A DNA stretch of 64,000 bases from the NCBI GenBank assembly GCA_041697335.1, contig JBGUGD010000001.1:32001-96000 (forward strand), written 5' to 3'. A program made the position numbers and the translations under genes. The stretch comes from Vampirovibrionaceae bacterium NZW_1234. GTDB lineage: Bacteria > Cyanobacteriota > Vampirovibrionia > Vampirovibrionales > JAGQHJ01. This document shows positions 9,224 to 19,552 of the stretch, in pieces (within the stretch, counting starts at the first letter, position 1; each line of letters starts with the position of its first letter). The notes under the pieces were generated by a model, which was given only the letters and a program-made list of their open reading frames with translations, ran no database searches and had not been told where the DNA came from.

Positions 9224-11080
9224 ATGATTTCCAGTGTTTTAGCAAACAACAATGACTCTGAAACCGTTAATGCGTTCGAGTTCCGCGCAACGTGGATGAC
9301 TAACGAGCAAGAGCTGGCCCGACAAGCGGATCGGCTGCTGGCCGAGAGTCAGCAAAAACTCTATCAACAGGCCGATAAGGTCATGGCAATCCTGTTGTTT
9401 GTGGAATGGGTGGCTCAAATCATAATTGCCCTCGTTGTTTCACCCTTGACCTGGATTGGCGAGACCAGTCAGCCGCACCTCCATCTGGTGATGGCCCTGT
9501 CCCTGGGATTTCTGAATATTGCGGTTCCGTTGTACCTGGTGAAGACGGCATCCGGTAGGCCAATGACGCGCTATGCCATTGCCGTGAGCCAAGGCATCAC
9601 CAGTGTGCTGTTGATTCACTTGACCGGGGGACGGATTGAAACCCATTTTCACGTCTTTGCCTCCCTGGCGATTTTGGCCATGTACCGGGATTGGAAAGTG
9701 ATTGCCACGATTACCGTGGTGGTGGCTTTGGATCACTTGTTTCGAGGGCTTTTCTGGCCATTGTCCGTCTTTGGCGTTACCGACGGGGTGCAATGGCGTT
9801 GGGTAGAACATGCCGGCTGGGTTGTGTTTGAGGACATCTTTCTGCTGAAAGCCTGCCTCTACAGTGTTCAGGAAATGAAAATACTGGCCCATCGCCAAGC
9901 CACCACGGATATGGCCTTGAAGACCATTCAGCACGTCAACGACAGGATTTCGAGCAATGCCAATGCCCTGAACCAGGCTGCAAACCGGTTGTTGGGCAAC
10001 ACGTCCCAGATGCACGAGAAAAACGCCGGCATGGTCGACATTACCCAGGAAGTGTTTCAGTTCTTTCGATCGCTGGAGCAAAACCTGCAGTTGATGAACT
10101 CGAAAGCCCTTGAAACCAGCCAAAAGGTGGATCTGGTGGCCGCAGAAAGTTCCAGCGTGGTCGATGGGACCCATCACGCTGTTACGGCCTTGGAAGGCAT
10201 GGCCCAGGATATGCAGGCGATGACATTGGCGGCCGAAGATATGACCTCGGTCATCAATACGGTTGCAACCGCCCTGGAAGAAATGAGCGCAGGGCTTCAG
10301 GAGGTCGCCAAGAACGCCTCGCAAGGGGCACAGTTTGCCAGGAAGACCGAAGATTTTCTGGGGCTGACCCATCAGGCCACCAGCCAGCTGAGCCAATCCG
10401 CACAGCAAATTGATATGGTCGTGAACATTATTCGAGACATTGCCTCGCAAACCAACCTGCTGGCGCTGAACGCCACCATTGAGGCGGCCAGTGCGGGTGA
10501 AGCCGGCAAAGGCTTTGCGGTGGTCGCCAATGAAGTCAAAGCCCTGGCCAAGCAGTCCTCCGATGCCACGGAAGTGATCCGGGCAAGCATTGAGGAAATT
10601 AAAAGCGCGACCAATGCCACACTCGACTCGTTGAATGAAATTGCCGGCATGATCCAGGAAATTACCCAACTCAACACCTCTACAGCCTCGTCCGTGACCC
10701 AGCAGACGGCCACGGTCCAGGAAATTAATCTGTCCATGGTCAAAGGCACCCGGGCGGTTCAGGAGGTCACCAGTCAGGTGTCCGTGGCAACCAAGACCAC
10801 CGACACCGTATTGGCCCGAATGTGGGAAACGAAACACGCGTTAGATAAAATGGGGGACCAGTTTAACCGGATCCTGCAAAACAGTACGGAAGTGGTCCAC
10901 TGTTCCCATTCGACAGTGTCCCAGTCTCAGGATATGGACAAGAGCCTCCAGGTCCTAGGGCATTCGACCCAGGAAATGACGGACATTACGGAAAACCTGA
11001 AAAGCACCGTGTTTCAGCTTACAGAGATGGCTGATGAATTGAACACCTTGCTCAATACCGATACCAGGCCAGCCACATAA
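9224..11080 (+). CDS. Methyl-accepting chemotaxis protein with multi-TM membrane sensor
   Basis: TM sensor with [16 protein letters not shown]; signalling hairpin [37 protein letters not shown]. Confidence 0.92.
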   Translation: MISSVLANNNDSETVNAFEFRATWMTNEQELARQADRLLAESQQKLYQQADKVMAILLFVEWVAQIIIALVVSPLTWIGETSQPHLHLVMALSLGFLNIAVPLYLVKTASGRPMTRYAIAVSQGITSVLLIHLTGGRIETHFHVFASLAILAMYRDWKVIATITVVVALDHLFRGLFWPLSVFGVTDGVQWRWVEHAGWVVFEDIFLLKACLYSVQEMKILAHRQATTDMALKTIQHVNDRISSNANALNQAANRLLGNTSQMHEKNAGMVDITQEVFQFFRSLEQNLQLMNSKALETSQKVDLVAAESSSVVDGTHHAVTALEGMAQDMQAMTLAAEDMTSVINTVATALEEMSAGLQEVAKNASQGAQFARKTEDFLGLTHQATSQLSQSAQQIDMVVNIIRDIASQTNLLALNATIEAASAGEAGKGFAVVANEVKALAKQSSDATEVIRASIEEIKSATNATLDSLNEIAGMIQEITQLNTSTASSVTQQTATVQEINLSMVKGTRAVQEVTSQVSVATKTTDTVLARMWETKHALDKMGDQFNRILQNSTEVVHCSHSTVSQSQDMDKSLQVLGHSTQEMTDITENLKSTVFQLTEMADELNTLLNTDTRPAT

Positions 11081-11122
11081 GCCTTGATTCACTTGGTAAA
11101 CAGCTATCTTGGCCTGCTGCCT

Positions 11123-14100
11123 TTAATTTTGGAAGGCCCGGTAGAACTTTTGGGGGAGTTTTTCGGTGTCCATGATGACGCCTAAACGCTCCAGGAGCTT
11201 GTTGAAGTCCTGGTTGACGCCAAGGCGCTGGGCCGCTTGCACGGCTTTGACTGCATCCAGGGCGCCGGCGCCATCCACGCCGTCGTTGAGCTGATAGGCG
11301 GTGTCGGCCATGATTTTCTTGAACTGCTCGGTGTCCAGTGGGCGTCCTGCTGCCTGACTCATCAGAAGGGCCACAGCCGCCGTGACCGGGGCACTGAAGG
11401 AGGTACCGTCGGCTTCACCACTGGCCAGATCCCCGTTGGGTGCTCTGTCTAGAAGGGGCAGGTGGGTGCCCATGGCCATGATGTTGGGCGGAATGGCGTT
11501 AAACACATCCTGCATGCTGCTGAACCAGGAGGCCTTGTGTTGCGTGCGATCGGCGGAGCCCAGCGTATCGATGGCCCCCACCAGGATGACCCCTTTGCTC
11601 TGGGCCAGCTTGCCGTTTTCCTTGTGGAAGCCCAGGGCGTTCAAGGTGCCTACCAAGTGGTGGTTCAGGGTATCGCCGCGTTCGTTTCCGGCAGAAATGA
11701 TGAAGGTAATCCCGGCTTCGCTACCGGCTTTGAACCGGGCGCCCAGTTTGTTCAGGTAGCCTTTGACAGTGGTATCGTCGCCATACAGTAGGGCGGAGGT
11801 GCCGCCCAGGGAAATGTTGACTACCGAGACCTTGCTCTTGCCACTGGTGCGCTGGGCAATGATATCATCGATAGACCGGAGCAGGCCGTCGACTTGTTCA
11901 ATGGTGGCGCCTTTTTCCGGGAATTTCGCATCATCCCAGGCGGCGTAGCTCCAGATTTTTTCCACGCCCGGGGCAATGCCGTACTTTTTATTGGCAATGA
12001 CATCGGCCACGGTTTCGCCGTGGAAGGACTCTCTTAAGGCCATATCCCGGGTGCGTCCCCAGGTGGGGTAAACCACCTTGCCTTTGAAGCTGTCGATATC
12101 GTCGTTGATGTAGTCGCCGTCGATAATGGCAATTTCCGTGCCCCGGCCGTCAATGCCTTTTTTGTGCAGCTCATCGATGCCCAGCGAGGTGGCCAGCAGA
12201 TAAGAGGCGACTCGGTTGTCTTTCATGTAATTGGTTTTGCCGTTGCTGTTATGGATCAGGGCATTGGCAATGGCCCGGCGCAACACGGTGTTGGGTGTTT
12301 TTTCCATGAACTTCAGCAGATCCTCGCCGCCGCCATGACGCTCGATGGCTTGGGCATAGAGGTTTTTAATGAAACTGTTCATGCGATCGCCGGCTTCCAA
12401 ATCGACTTTGGGCATGCGGGTCATCAGGCGGGTGGCCAGCTCGGTGCGCTTTTGCAGAACCGCTTTGTCGGCGCTGGTTTCCGTGTTTTTGCCAATCTCG
12501 CCCAGGGCGTTGATGGCGAAAAAGTGGATGCGGCGATTGTCACTGCGAAGGGCTTTTTCCAGAAGCTCGGTATCGTCCATATTGCCGGATTTGCCCAAGG
12601 CCTTGATGGCGGCCAGGCGGGTCCCTTGGGCTACCTGCATCTTGGTATGGCCCGGGAACATGAACTGGTCGTTGGAGGAGGCGATATCCGGAATCTGGGT
12701 CCGGGCCAAGGGATCGCGAATCAGATCCTTCAGGGCGGGCTTCATGGATTCATCGCGCATTTCACCCAGGCTGCTGATCATCAGGATGCGTAAAAAGCCG
12801 TCGACATCTTCGGTTTTGCTGACATAGGTCCGCATGGCGTCGGCATGGGCTTTAAATTCCGGCTTGGCGGCCAGATCCTGCCATTTTTTGCCGAAGGACG
12901 AATAGCTCTTCACGCGCTGTTCGACAATACCCTGGGTGGCTTCATCCAGGGCTTTGCCCGAAGCATTCAGGCGTTGCAGGGCTTTTCGGACATCGCGGAT
13001 TTCGTTGAAAATTTCCGACTTGTAAAAGCTCTTGGTAAATTGCGGGTGGGTGCTGTACACGGCCGCATACTTTTGCAGCGAGCGCAAACGATTGGTATTG
13101 GTTTTCATGTCCCCGCCCAGAGATGGGGTCAGGATCTCATGGACCGAGGCCAGGGCATCGAACCGCGTATCGCTGTCTTCCATTTTATCGGTCGCAATGG
13201 TCATCAGGCTTTTAATGGCGGTTTCGTCTTTCAGCATGGCGCTGCCGACCATGGCCATGCGGCGCAGGGTGCGGTTGTCCTCGGAATTGGTTTGCAGCGT
13301 ATTGCTGTAGATGTCCTGAAACAGGGGGCCTGCCTTCTGGAGCTTCATGCTGCTGAGGAGGGAAATCCCCAGTTTGCGAAGCTTAACGGAGTTTTGTTGG
13401 ATCTTTTCGTTCAGCTGTTTCTCGACTTTGGGATCCGGGGTGGAAGAGCTGGATGCCGGTTTGGCCGTGACTTCCCGGACTTTGACCTGGGCCTGTTTGA
13501 GGCTCGCAAAATCCAGCAGCTGGTTTTGGACATCGTCTTTCTGGTGTTTGAAATACTCGATGGTTTTTTCAAACACAGTGTCGTTGTCCTGGAAGTACAA
13601 GGGGTAGGCTGCCATTTGTTTCAACAGGATGGGGGCGGCTTCCGGCTGTCGGTCGTCCAGTAAATAAGTGATAATGCGCTGGGCGCCTTTTTCGGGGAAG
13701 GATCCCGGAGGGGGTTCCGAGCCGCCGCCGAAAATAAAGGTGACTTTTTCGCCTTTGGCCGGAGGCATGACGGGGGCTTTTTCCGCGGGTGGGGCGGGTT
13801 TTGCCACGGTATCCTGAGGGACAATCAGTTTTTCCACCTTGGTCCATATGGTTTTGTTTTCATGGCGCAAGAGGACGCCGACGGTGGCTGCCGTGAGATC
13901 CGGCTGATCCGCCACTTTGAGTTGATCCAGAAACTTCAGCATCTCTTCGCCGACAGCTTTGTCCTGAGGTGCATAGCGAAGGGCTTCCAAGGACATCAGC
14001 CGGTTGGACATAGGCAATGTCACTTCCTGGGCGGCTTCCATCAGTTGGGCCTTGGTGCGGGGATCCGCCGTGCGACCCAGGGAGCGGGCGGCAATCAGGC

Positions 14101-14671
14101 GCAGATCCTTGACCACATATTTGGAACTGTCTTCCAGCTCCTCTACCTCGTCCGGGCTCATAAACCGGGAGGCTTTGGGGCGTTCACCGTCTTTGGTTTT
14201 CTCGGAGACCACCACTTTGAGCATATACGGCATGATGGCCTTGCTGAATTCTTCCCGATCGGCCGCGTTGCCTTTGGCACCCAGCTTGCCCAAGGCCTGG
14301 ACTGCTGCCTTGAGGGTGTATTCACTGGCAACGCCGTCGCTTAAAATGCGCTTGATATGGGGAATGGCATCGCGTTCGTTAATCTCCCCGGCATTGTGCA
14401 GGGCAGCTGCCACGAGGTCATCATCGGTGCTTTCCAACTGCTTGACCAGCTTTGCGCTTTCCGGGGTGACGGCGGCTTTGGCCGAATCCGTAAAGACAGG
14501 TGCAAATAAGCCTGCCGTGGCCAACGCGGCAACGGGAAGAAAGGCGCTTTTTCTCACCGGCCCCGATTCGCGTTGACTGCCAAAAACAGGCGATGCCTGA
14601 CGGGCTGCTGTGGACGTTGCTGTTTTCGGCAGACGATATGCAGGCACATGGCCGAATTGAATGGTCACCAT
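11123..14671 (-). CDS. HEAT-repeat protein with C-terminal S8 subtilisin-like protease
   Basis: IAIIDGD (Asp), FHGETVA (His), SAGNE (oxyanion Asn), DGTSFSAP (Ser); HEAT-like units AAVQALGKLG, RLAAIKALGKSG, FAINALGEIG. Confidence 0.85.
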   Translation of the reverse strand: MVTIQFGHVPAYRLPKTATSTAARQASPVFGSQRESGPVRKSAFLPVAALATAGLFAPVFTDSAKAAVTPESAKLVKQLESTDDDLVAAALHNAGEINERDAIPHIKRILSDGVASEYTLKAAVQALGKLGAKGNAADREEFSKAIMPYMLKVVVSEKTKDGERPKASRFMSPDEVEELEDSSKYVVKDLRLIAARSLGRTADPRTKAQLMEAAQEVTLPMSNRLMSLEALRYAPQDKAVGEEMLKFLDQLKVADQPDLTAATVGVLLRHENKTIWTKVEKLIVPQDTVAKPAPPAEKAPVMPPAKGEKVTFIFGGGSEPPPGSFPEKGAQRIITYLLDDRQPEAAPILLKQMAAYPLYFQDNDTVFEKTIEYFKHQKDDVQNQLLDFASLKQAQVKVREVTAKPASSSSTPDPKVEKQLNEKIQQNSVKLRKLGISLLSSMKLQKAGPLFQDIYSNTLQTNSEDNRTLRRMAMVGSAMLKDETAIKSLMTIATDKMEDSDTRFDALASVHEILTPSLGGDMKTNTNRLRSLQKYAAVYSTHPQFTKSFYKSEIFNEIRDVRKALQRLNASGKALDEATQGIVEQRVKSYSSFGKKWQDLAAKPEFKAHADAMRTYVSKTEDVDGFLRILMISSLGEMRDESMKPALKDLIRDPLARTQIPDIASSNDQFMFPGHTKMQVAQGTRLAAIKALGKSGNMDDTELLEKALRSDNRRIHFFAINALGEIGKNTETSADKAVLQKRTELATRLMTRMPKVDLEAGDRMNSFIKNLYAQAIERHGGGEDLLKFMEKTPNTVLRRAIANALIHNSNGKTNYMKDNRVASYLLATSLGIDELHKKGIDGRGTEIAIIDGDYINDDIDSFKGKVVYPTWGRTRDMALRESFHGETVADVIANKKYGIAPGVEKIWSYAAWDDAKFPEKGATIEQVDGLLRSIDDIIAQRTSGKSKVSVVNISLGGTSALLYGDDTTVKGYLNKLGARFKAGSEAGITFIISAGNERGDTLNHHLVGTLNALGFHKENGKLAQSKGVILVGAIDTLGSADRTQHKASWFSSMQDVFNAIPPNIMAMGTHLPLLDRAPNGDLASGEADGTSFSAPVTAAVALLMSQAAGRPLDTEQFKKIMADTAYQLNDGVDGAGALDAVKAVQAAQRLGVNQDFNKLLERLGVIMDTEKLPQKFYRAFQN

Positions 14672-14866
14672 AAGTCGATTCCTCCCCGACGCAGTAGCAC
14701 GATACTCCCAAGTAAAACGATGCTTTCAGTCGTCTCAACGGATTGTGAGACGTACCCTTCCATATGGTCAGTAAGGATAGGACAGTGGCATGAAGATGGC
14801 AAGTTATTTTTTAAACAATATCTTATATAGCCTGATAGTCTAATCTATCGTTATCGTTGCCTGAGA

Positions 14867-15502
14867 TCATCTGGGGAAGGTGTGTTGCCGGATCCACTTT
14901 GTGGCAACCCATTTCTCGCCGCGGATAACCGGGCTGGACCCATGCCAGGTTTGCCAGTCGACCTCCCCGTCGGCGTCGGTATTAAAGAACACCAGCGCCA
15001 TGCCTTTTTGAGGGGGGATGCTGAGGTGAATATGGGGAAAAATGGTTTCCCCACCCGATTCAACATCATTGAGATACAACAGTACCGTAATGTAACGCTG
15101 GCCGCCACGAGCCAGTTCCCGGGAGCGCCCGGGTGTTTTGGGGTTGAAAAAGTCATAGTGGGGAATATATTCCTCCCCAGGGCCGTAATGCAGCACCTGT
15201 AAATCTTCGCCATTCTCCAAAGGCATCTCCAACCACTGGGCCAAGCGTTGCTCAATGCCGGAAACCACGGCATCGCCCTGGAACGGTAAAAAGGTTACCG
15301 TGCTGGTTCTGGCCGAGTGGGTAATGCGCTCGCCCGTATCCGGATCCAGGACCGTGGCCCGCTGCATGGTGGGCGTTGCCAGGTCAATAATATGTCGGCA
15401 TTCGGCCTCTGTGAGAAATCCGGGGTATTGCCAGATGCTGGGTTTAAAACTGAGGCGCGTCAGCACGGGCTTTGGGGCTTTGGGCTTAAACAGGGTCCAC
15501 AT
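14867..15502 (-). CDS. Prolyl 4-hydroxylase (2OG-Fe(II) oxygenase)
   Basis: FLTEAECRHII, ENGEDLQVLHY, PHYDFF (HxD), GGQRYITVLLYLNDVESGGET.FP, WHGSSPV, GEKWVATKW. Confidence 0.9.
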   Translation of the reverse strand: MWTLFKPKAPKPVLTRLSFKPSIWQYPGFLTEAECRHIIDLATPTMQRATVLDPDTGERITHSARTSTVTFLPFQGDAVVSGIEQRLAQWLEMPLENGEDLQVLHYGPGEEYIPHYDFFNPKTPGRSRELARGGQRYITVLLYLNDVESGGETIFPHIHLSIPPQKGMALVFFNTDADGEVDWQTWHGSSPVIRGEKWVATKWIRQHTFPR

Positions 15503-15536
15503 CGGCTAAATTCGTCCTTGCGCTTGAAATGCTGTA

Positions 15537-16220
15537 TCAGGGGGTTCTTCTGGGGCGCGTGTATTCAGCTTCCCTGACCCATTTGGTGGCCACCCACTTC
15601 TCCCCGGCCAGGACCGGGGATGAGCCATGCAAGGACTCCGGGTCCAATTCGCCGTTGGCATAGACGTTATAAAACAGGAGGGCATCTCCTTGTCTGGGCC
15701 TAATCGTCAAGCCCGCAGTGGGGAAGATGGTTTCTCCACCGGATTCGACAGTGTTCAGGTACATGAGAATGGTGATGACCCGTTGACCGCCATAATTTAA
15801 AGTCTTGTGACTTCCGACACGGGCGGGATCAAAATAATCGTAATGCGGGCGGTATTCCTGGCCGATCTGGTAATTCAGAATCTGGATGTCTTCGCCATTT
15901 TCTACCGGTAACCCGCATAATTGGGCCAACCGTTCCTCGATGGTCGCCACAAAACTGTCCTGGCCCGGTTTGAGCATGACCAATGAACTGGTTCTGCCTT
16001 CCGATTGCAGGTTCTCTCCGGTCTCTAAATCGAAGGTCGTTGCCCGTGTGAGGTTCCCTTGGGCCATTTGGATCAGGGTTTCGCATTCCTCGGGTGTCAA
16101 AAAATCTTCGGCCAACCAGACACTGGGACATTCCGACAGATGAATCAGTGGTTTTACATCCACTTCCAAGTCTTCCATTGGGGTTGTGAGTTGCATAGGG
16201 GCTGGGGTCCTTGATGACAC
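15537..16220 (-). CDS. Prolyl 4-hydroxylase, tandem paralog
   Basis: FLTPEECETLI, PHYDYF, GGQRVITILMYLN, LHGSSPVLAGEKWVATKW. Confidence 0.9.
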   Translation of the reverse strand: MSSRTPAPMQLTTPMEDLEVDVKPLIHLSECPSVWLAEDFLTPEECETLIQMAQGNLTRATTFDLETGENLQSEGRTSSLVMLKPGQDSFVATIEERLAQLCGLPVENGEDIQILNYQIGQEYRPHYDYFDPARVGSHKTLNYGGQRVITILMYLNTVESGGETIFPTAGLTIRPRQGDALLFYNVYANGELDPESLHGSSPVLAGEKWVATKWVREAEYTRPRRTP

Positions 16221-16498
16221 ACTTACGAATACTGTGGGTTTACCCTGGTTTTGAATTTAACACAGTGGGTTGGGTTCAATTGCGTTACATATGACGTTTG
16301 TAAAAAAAAGGAAACATTGACATTGAATTTATAGAAAAAGGTTGCATGGAATTTTTAAAACCCGACAATGGTGCCTACTGTTTTTCAATTAAATGTTAAA
16401 ACTTTAAAGGTTATTTAAGCAATCGTGTCTTTTGTTTCGGAACTGTAAGTTGCGTTTGGCGATATCAAGACACATCGACAGTTGAGGAGTTTCTAGTA

Positions 16499-19400
16499 AT
16501 GAAAATTTCATTCCCTGGCGTGGGTTCGGAGCGAAAAACGAGTCTACCTCAAGCCCACACGGAAGGTCAGATGGTCTTGCACGCGCCTTCGGCAACACCT
16601 CGATTTTCGGGAGACGCTGGGGGCCGTCCCGCTCGTGCCGGTTTGTTGGCTCGGTTGATGGGGGCCGCTGCGTTTCTGCTTCCGGCCTCGCTGCCCTTGG
16701 TAACCCCAGCCACCCTTCAAGCGCAACAACCGGGACAACCCCAAAAAGTCTATACCGATCAGCGGCCTGATGGCACCCGCATTGAGTCGGTGGACTCGCC
16801 CCAGGATTTGAATCACCTGATCGAATTGCTCAGACAAGATAACCGAAACATTGTTCAACCGTTCAAACAGCCGTTGGTGAGTGAAAAGACGGAACAACGC
16901 GTCAACCAGCTGGTTCAACGCTTGCAAGACAAGCAGCTGGGCCACCTGAAAGTCATTATCGTCAACCGCTCCAATACGGGAAATCGCTTTTTTAACCTGG
17001 CCGAAGACATTCAGAGTTCCTTGCGCCTGGGCCGCAATAATACGATTTTAATCAATGCCGGTGCCCTTCGAGGTGAGTCAGGTGGCAAGCGGATTGCGGT
17101 GACCAACACCCAGTCCATGCTCGAGGCCATGCGGCTTTCCGTGGGGCAGTTCAACCAGCAAAGCGGCAACATTCTGGATGCCCACTTTAAGCCTGCCGCA
17201 TTGGCGGGTGACTACGACAAAGCGGTTGAGGATACGGTTGAAGCCTTGGTGAAACTGGTTGAAGAGCGTGCGGCTCAGCAAAACGGTGGCGAACGACCCA
17301 CGCCTGCCCCCGGTGGCAGTTCTGGTCCGACCATGGATGCTGAGACCACCAAGACGGTTTTTGGGGTGCTGTGCTTCCTGTTTTTTGCCGTCGGCGCCGG
17401 TGGGTTTGGTGTTCTGGTGGCGCGCCAGATGATGAAAAAGCGCCAGCAAGTCCAAGGCAACGTGAATGTGGCAAAGGCCGTCTTGAATGACATTGGATCC
17501 GGGTATGAAGTGGATCGCGGCAACCTGTATTCCATTCCCACGCTGACGGCCTTGTTGCAGCCTACGGGCTCTCCTCAGGCCCACCAGCTGCAAGCGGTTT
17601 TTAATGATATTGAAACCACGTTGGAGAAGAAAAACGCCTCGGGTGACAGTGCCCTGGTGCAACGTCAGCAACTGAAGGAACTGTATCTGAAAGAAGGGTT
17701 GAGCCATCCCAACGCCTTGGTGCGTAACTTCTTTGCCAAACGGTTCCTGTCCAAATTTGAGTTTGATGCCCAAGCCAAACAAACCTTTTATGCCCGCATT
17801 GCCGAAGAAAGCGATGGCGCCGTTGTCGAATCCCTCTCCAAGCCCTTGGTGGAAAAAGCGACAGCTGAGGATCGTCCCAAGTTTCTGGAAGGCCTCTCCA
17901 GTAAATTGGATGGCTGGCGTCAGTTGAGCGTGAACATGCTCGCCAAGCTGTATCAGCCGGGTGATGCCGATACGTTTTGGAAAGCTCTGGCGACAGAAAC
18001 CGATGTCGATGTGAAAGGCGCGCTGAATAAGGCTTTGTTGGCTCATCCCAATGACATCCCTGGCGATACGCTGAAGGCGGCTTTGGCAGCAGAAAACGTG
18101 GCGCAAAAAGAAGCTGCTATTGCTCTTTTAGCCAAGCAGGGTGAATTTACCACGTTATTCGATGCGGCCGAGCAGGAAGCCAATCCGGATTTCCAGAAAT
18201 CTTATCAGGTGGCCTTGAAGGACGCTGTCTCTGAGGCGTCCCTGCCCAAATTGAAGGAAGCCCTTCAAGGGTCCGATGTCGCATCGGCCTTGGCCTTGGC
18301 TTTGCTGGTTCCGGTTGCTCACAAAGAGAAAGCACAGGCCGGAAATGCGGCCCTGGCTGCATTTCATAAAACCCTGGCCAAGTCCCCGGAGACCCCGGAT
18401 CTGGTCGAAAGCCTCTTCGGGCTGGTGGTGTCCGGTTCTGCCGACAAAGCGGAACAAGCCTCCCAAGCGGTCGCTCATCTGGCCAACAAGGCAAGTAAAG
18501 GAAAACTGCTTGCCGCGCTAGGCAGTGACGCGAGTCTGGCTCGTTTGACAGCGGCCAATGCCCTTGATGGGTTGACCGAGGCTGCTGATCTGGAGTCGTT
18601 GCTCAAGGCCAAATCGAGTGAGCAGGATGATAGTGTACGGCAGGCTCTGGAGAAACCAGTAAAGACGGCTCTTAAATCGTCTGGGGCATTCGATACCCTT
18701 ACCGGTTTGTTGGTGAGCCGGTCTGCTTCCGTGCCAACCCAACTTCTAGCCATTCAACACATGACCGAATTTGACAGCAAAGCCGTTCAGCCCTTGGTTG
18801 CCTTGTATGAGGCCACTGAGAATAAGGAGCTGGATAACGCGGTTGAGGAAAGTCTGGAGGCCATTTCACGGGCCTCTGAAGAAGGTACGGAAGCCCTGAT
18901 GGGCTTTGTGGACGCCAGCAAAAAGCAGACCAAGAAAATGGCGGCTAAAATTGTGGCTCAAACCGTGACGCAATGGGCTGAATCCAAGACCTATGATAGC
19001 GCCAAAGCCATGACGCTCTTGCGGACCTGGAAAGATCATGACAATAAGGCCGTTAGCGCCGCAGCGAAACTGACCTACAATGCCCTGGTGGACAAGAAAG
19101 TCGTCGAGGTCAAAACCGAAGCGGCTGAGCGCTACAGTGAAGCTCGCATTAAAAAATTGAAGGCCTTGAGAGATTCTGCCCCGGAACAAACTATTCAGGA
19201 TGCGGCGGAAGAAACCATAACGGCATTGACGGCTAAAAGACCCAAACCGACCCCGCAGAAACCGTATGGAACTCCTTCTCCTTACGGGGGTGGTTCTTCT
19301 TCCGGCGGAAGACGGTCTTATGATCCGCCGCCCTCTGGTGGTGGTGTCGTAATTTTCCCGTCACCCTCGTACGATCCGCCTCCGCCGTCGTACTACCCGC

Positions 19401-19537
19401 CGCCGCCATCCTATTACCCGCCTCCACCAAGTTACTATCCTCCCTCGTATGATCCGCCTCCGTCCTATGACCCGCCACCATCATACGATCCACCCCCGTC
19501 CTATGATCCCCCTTCCGGTGGTGGCAGTGACTGGTAG
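16499..19537 (+). CDS. TPM-domain membrane protein with HEAT-like helical repeats and SY(D/Y)PPP tail
   Basis: Leader ...PRFSG, signal-like segment, TPM-like domain (LVSEKTEQRVNQLVQRLQ...FKPAALAGDYDKAVEDTVEAL), one TM, Ala/Leu-rich helical repeats, ends GGGSDW like YgcG-type TPM proteins; GAGGAG RBS. Confidence 0.7.
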   Translation: MKISFPGVGSERKTSLPQAHTEGQMVLHAPSATPRFSGDAGGRPARAGLLARLMGAAAFLLPASLPLVTPATLQAQQPGQPQKVYTDQRPDGTRIESVDSPQDLNHLIELLRQDNRNIVQPFKQPLVSEKTEQRVNQLVQRLQDKQLGHLKVIIVNRSNTGNRFFNLAEDIQSSLRLGRNNTILINAGALRGESGGKRIAVTNTQSMLEAMRLSVGQFNQQSGNILDAHFKPAALAGDYDKAVEDTVEALVKLVEERAAQQNGGERPTPAPGGSSGPTMDAETTKTVFGVLCFLFFAVGAGGFGVLVARQMMKKRQQVQGNVNVAKAVLNDIGSGYEVDRGNLYSIPTLTALLQPTGSPQAHQLQAVFNDIETTLEKKNASGDSALVQRQQLKELYLKEGLSHPNALVRNFFAKRFLSKFEFDAQAKQTFYARIAEESDGAVVESLSKPLVEKATAEDRPKFLEGLSSKLDGWRQLSVNMLAKLYQPGDADTFWKALATETDVDVKGALNKALLAHPNDIPGDTLKAALAAENVAQKEAAIALLAKQGEFTTLFDAAEQEANPDFQKSYQVALKDAVSEASLPKLKEALQGSDVASALALALLVPVAHKEKAQAGNAALAAFHKTLAKSPETPDLVESLFGLVVSGSADKAEQASQAVAHLANKASKGKLLAALGSDASLARLTAANALDGLTEAADLESLLKAKSSEQDDSVRQALEKPVKTALKSSGAFDTLTGLLVSRSASVPTQLLAIQHMTEFDSKAVQPLVALYEATENKELDNAVEESLEAISRASEEGTEALMGFVDASKKQTKKMAAKIVAQTVTQWAESKTYDSAKAMTLLRTWKDHDNKAVSAAAKLTYNALVDKKVVEVKTEAAERYSEARIKKLKALRDSAPEQTIQDAAEETITALTAKRPKPTPQKPYGTPSPYGGGSSSGGRRSYDPPPSGGGVVIFPSPSYDPPPPSYYPPPPSYYPPPPSYYPPSYDPPPSYDPPPSYDPPPSYDPPSGGGSDW
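19316..19516 (+). repeat. Coding repeat: nine SY(D/Y)PP(PP) units
   Basis: SYDPPPSGGGVVIFPSPSYDPPPPSYYPPPPSYYPPPPSYYPPSYDPPPSYDPPPSYDPPPSYDPPS, with varied codons. Confidence 0.95.
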
Positions 19538-19552
19538 GTCTGCAAGGAGTTT

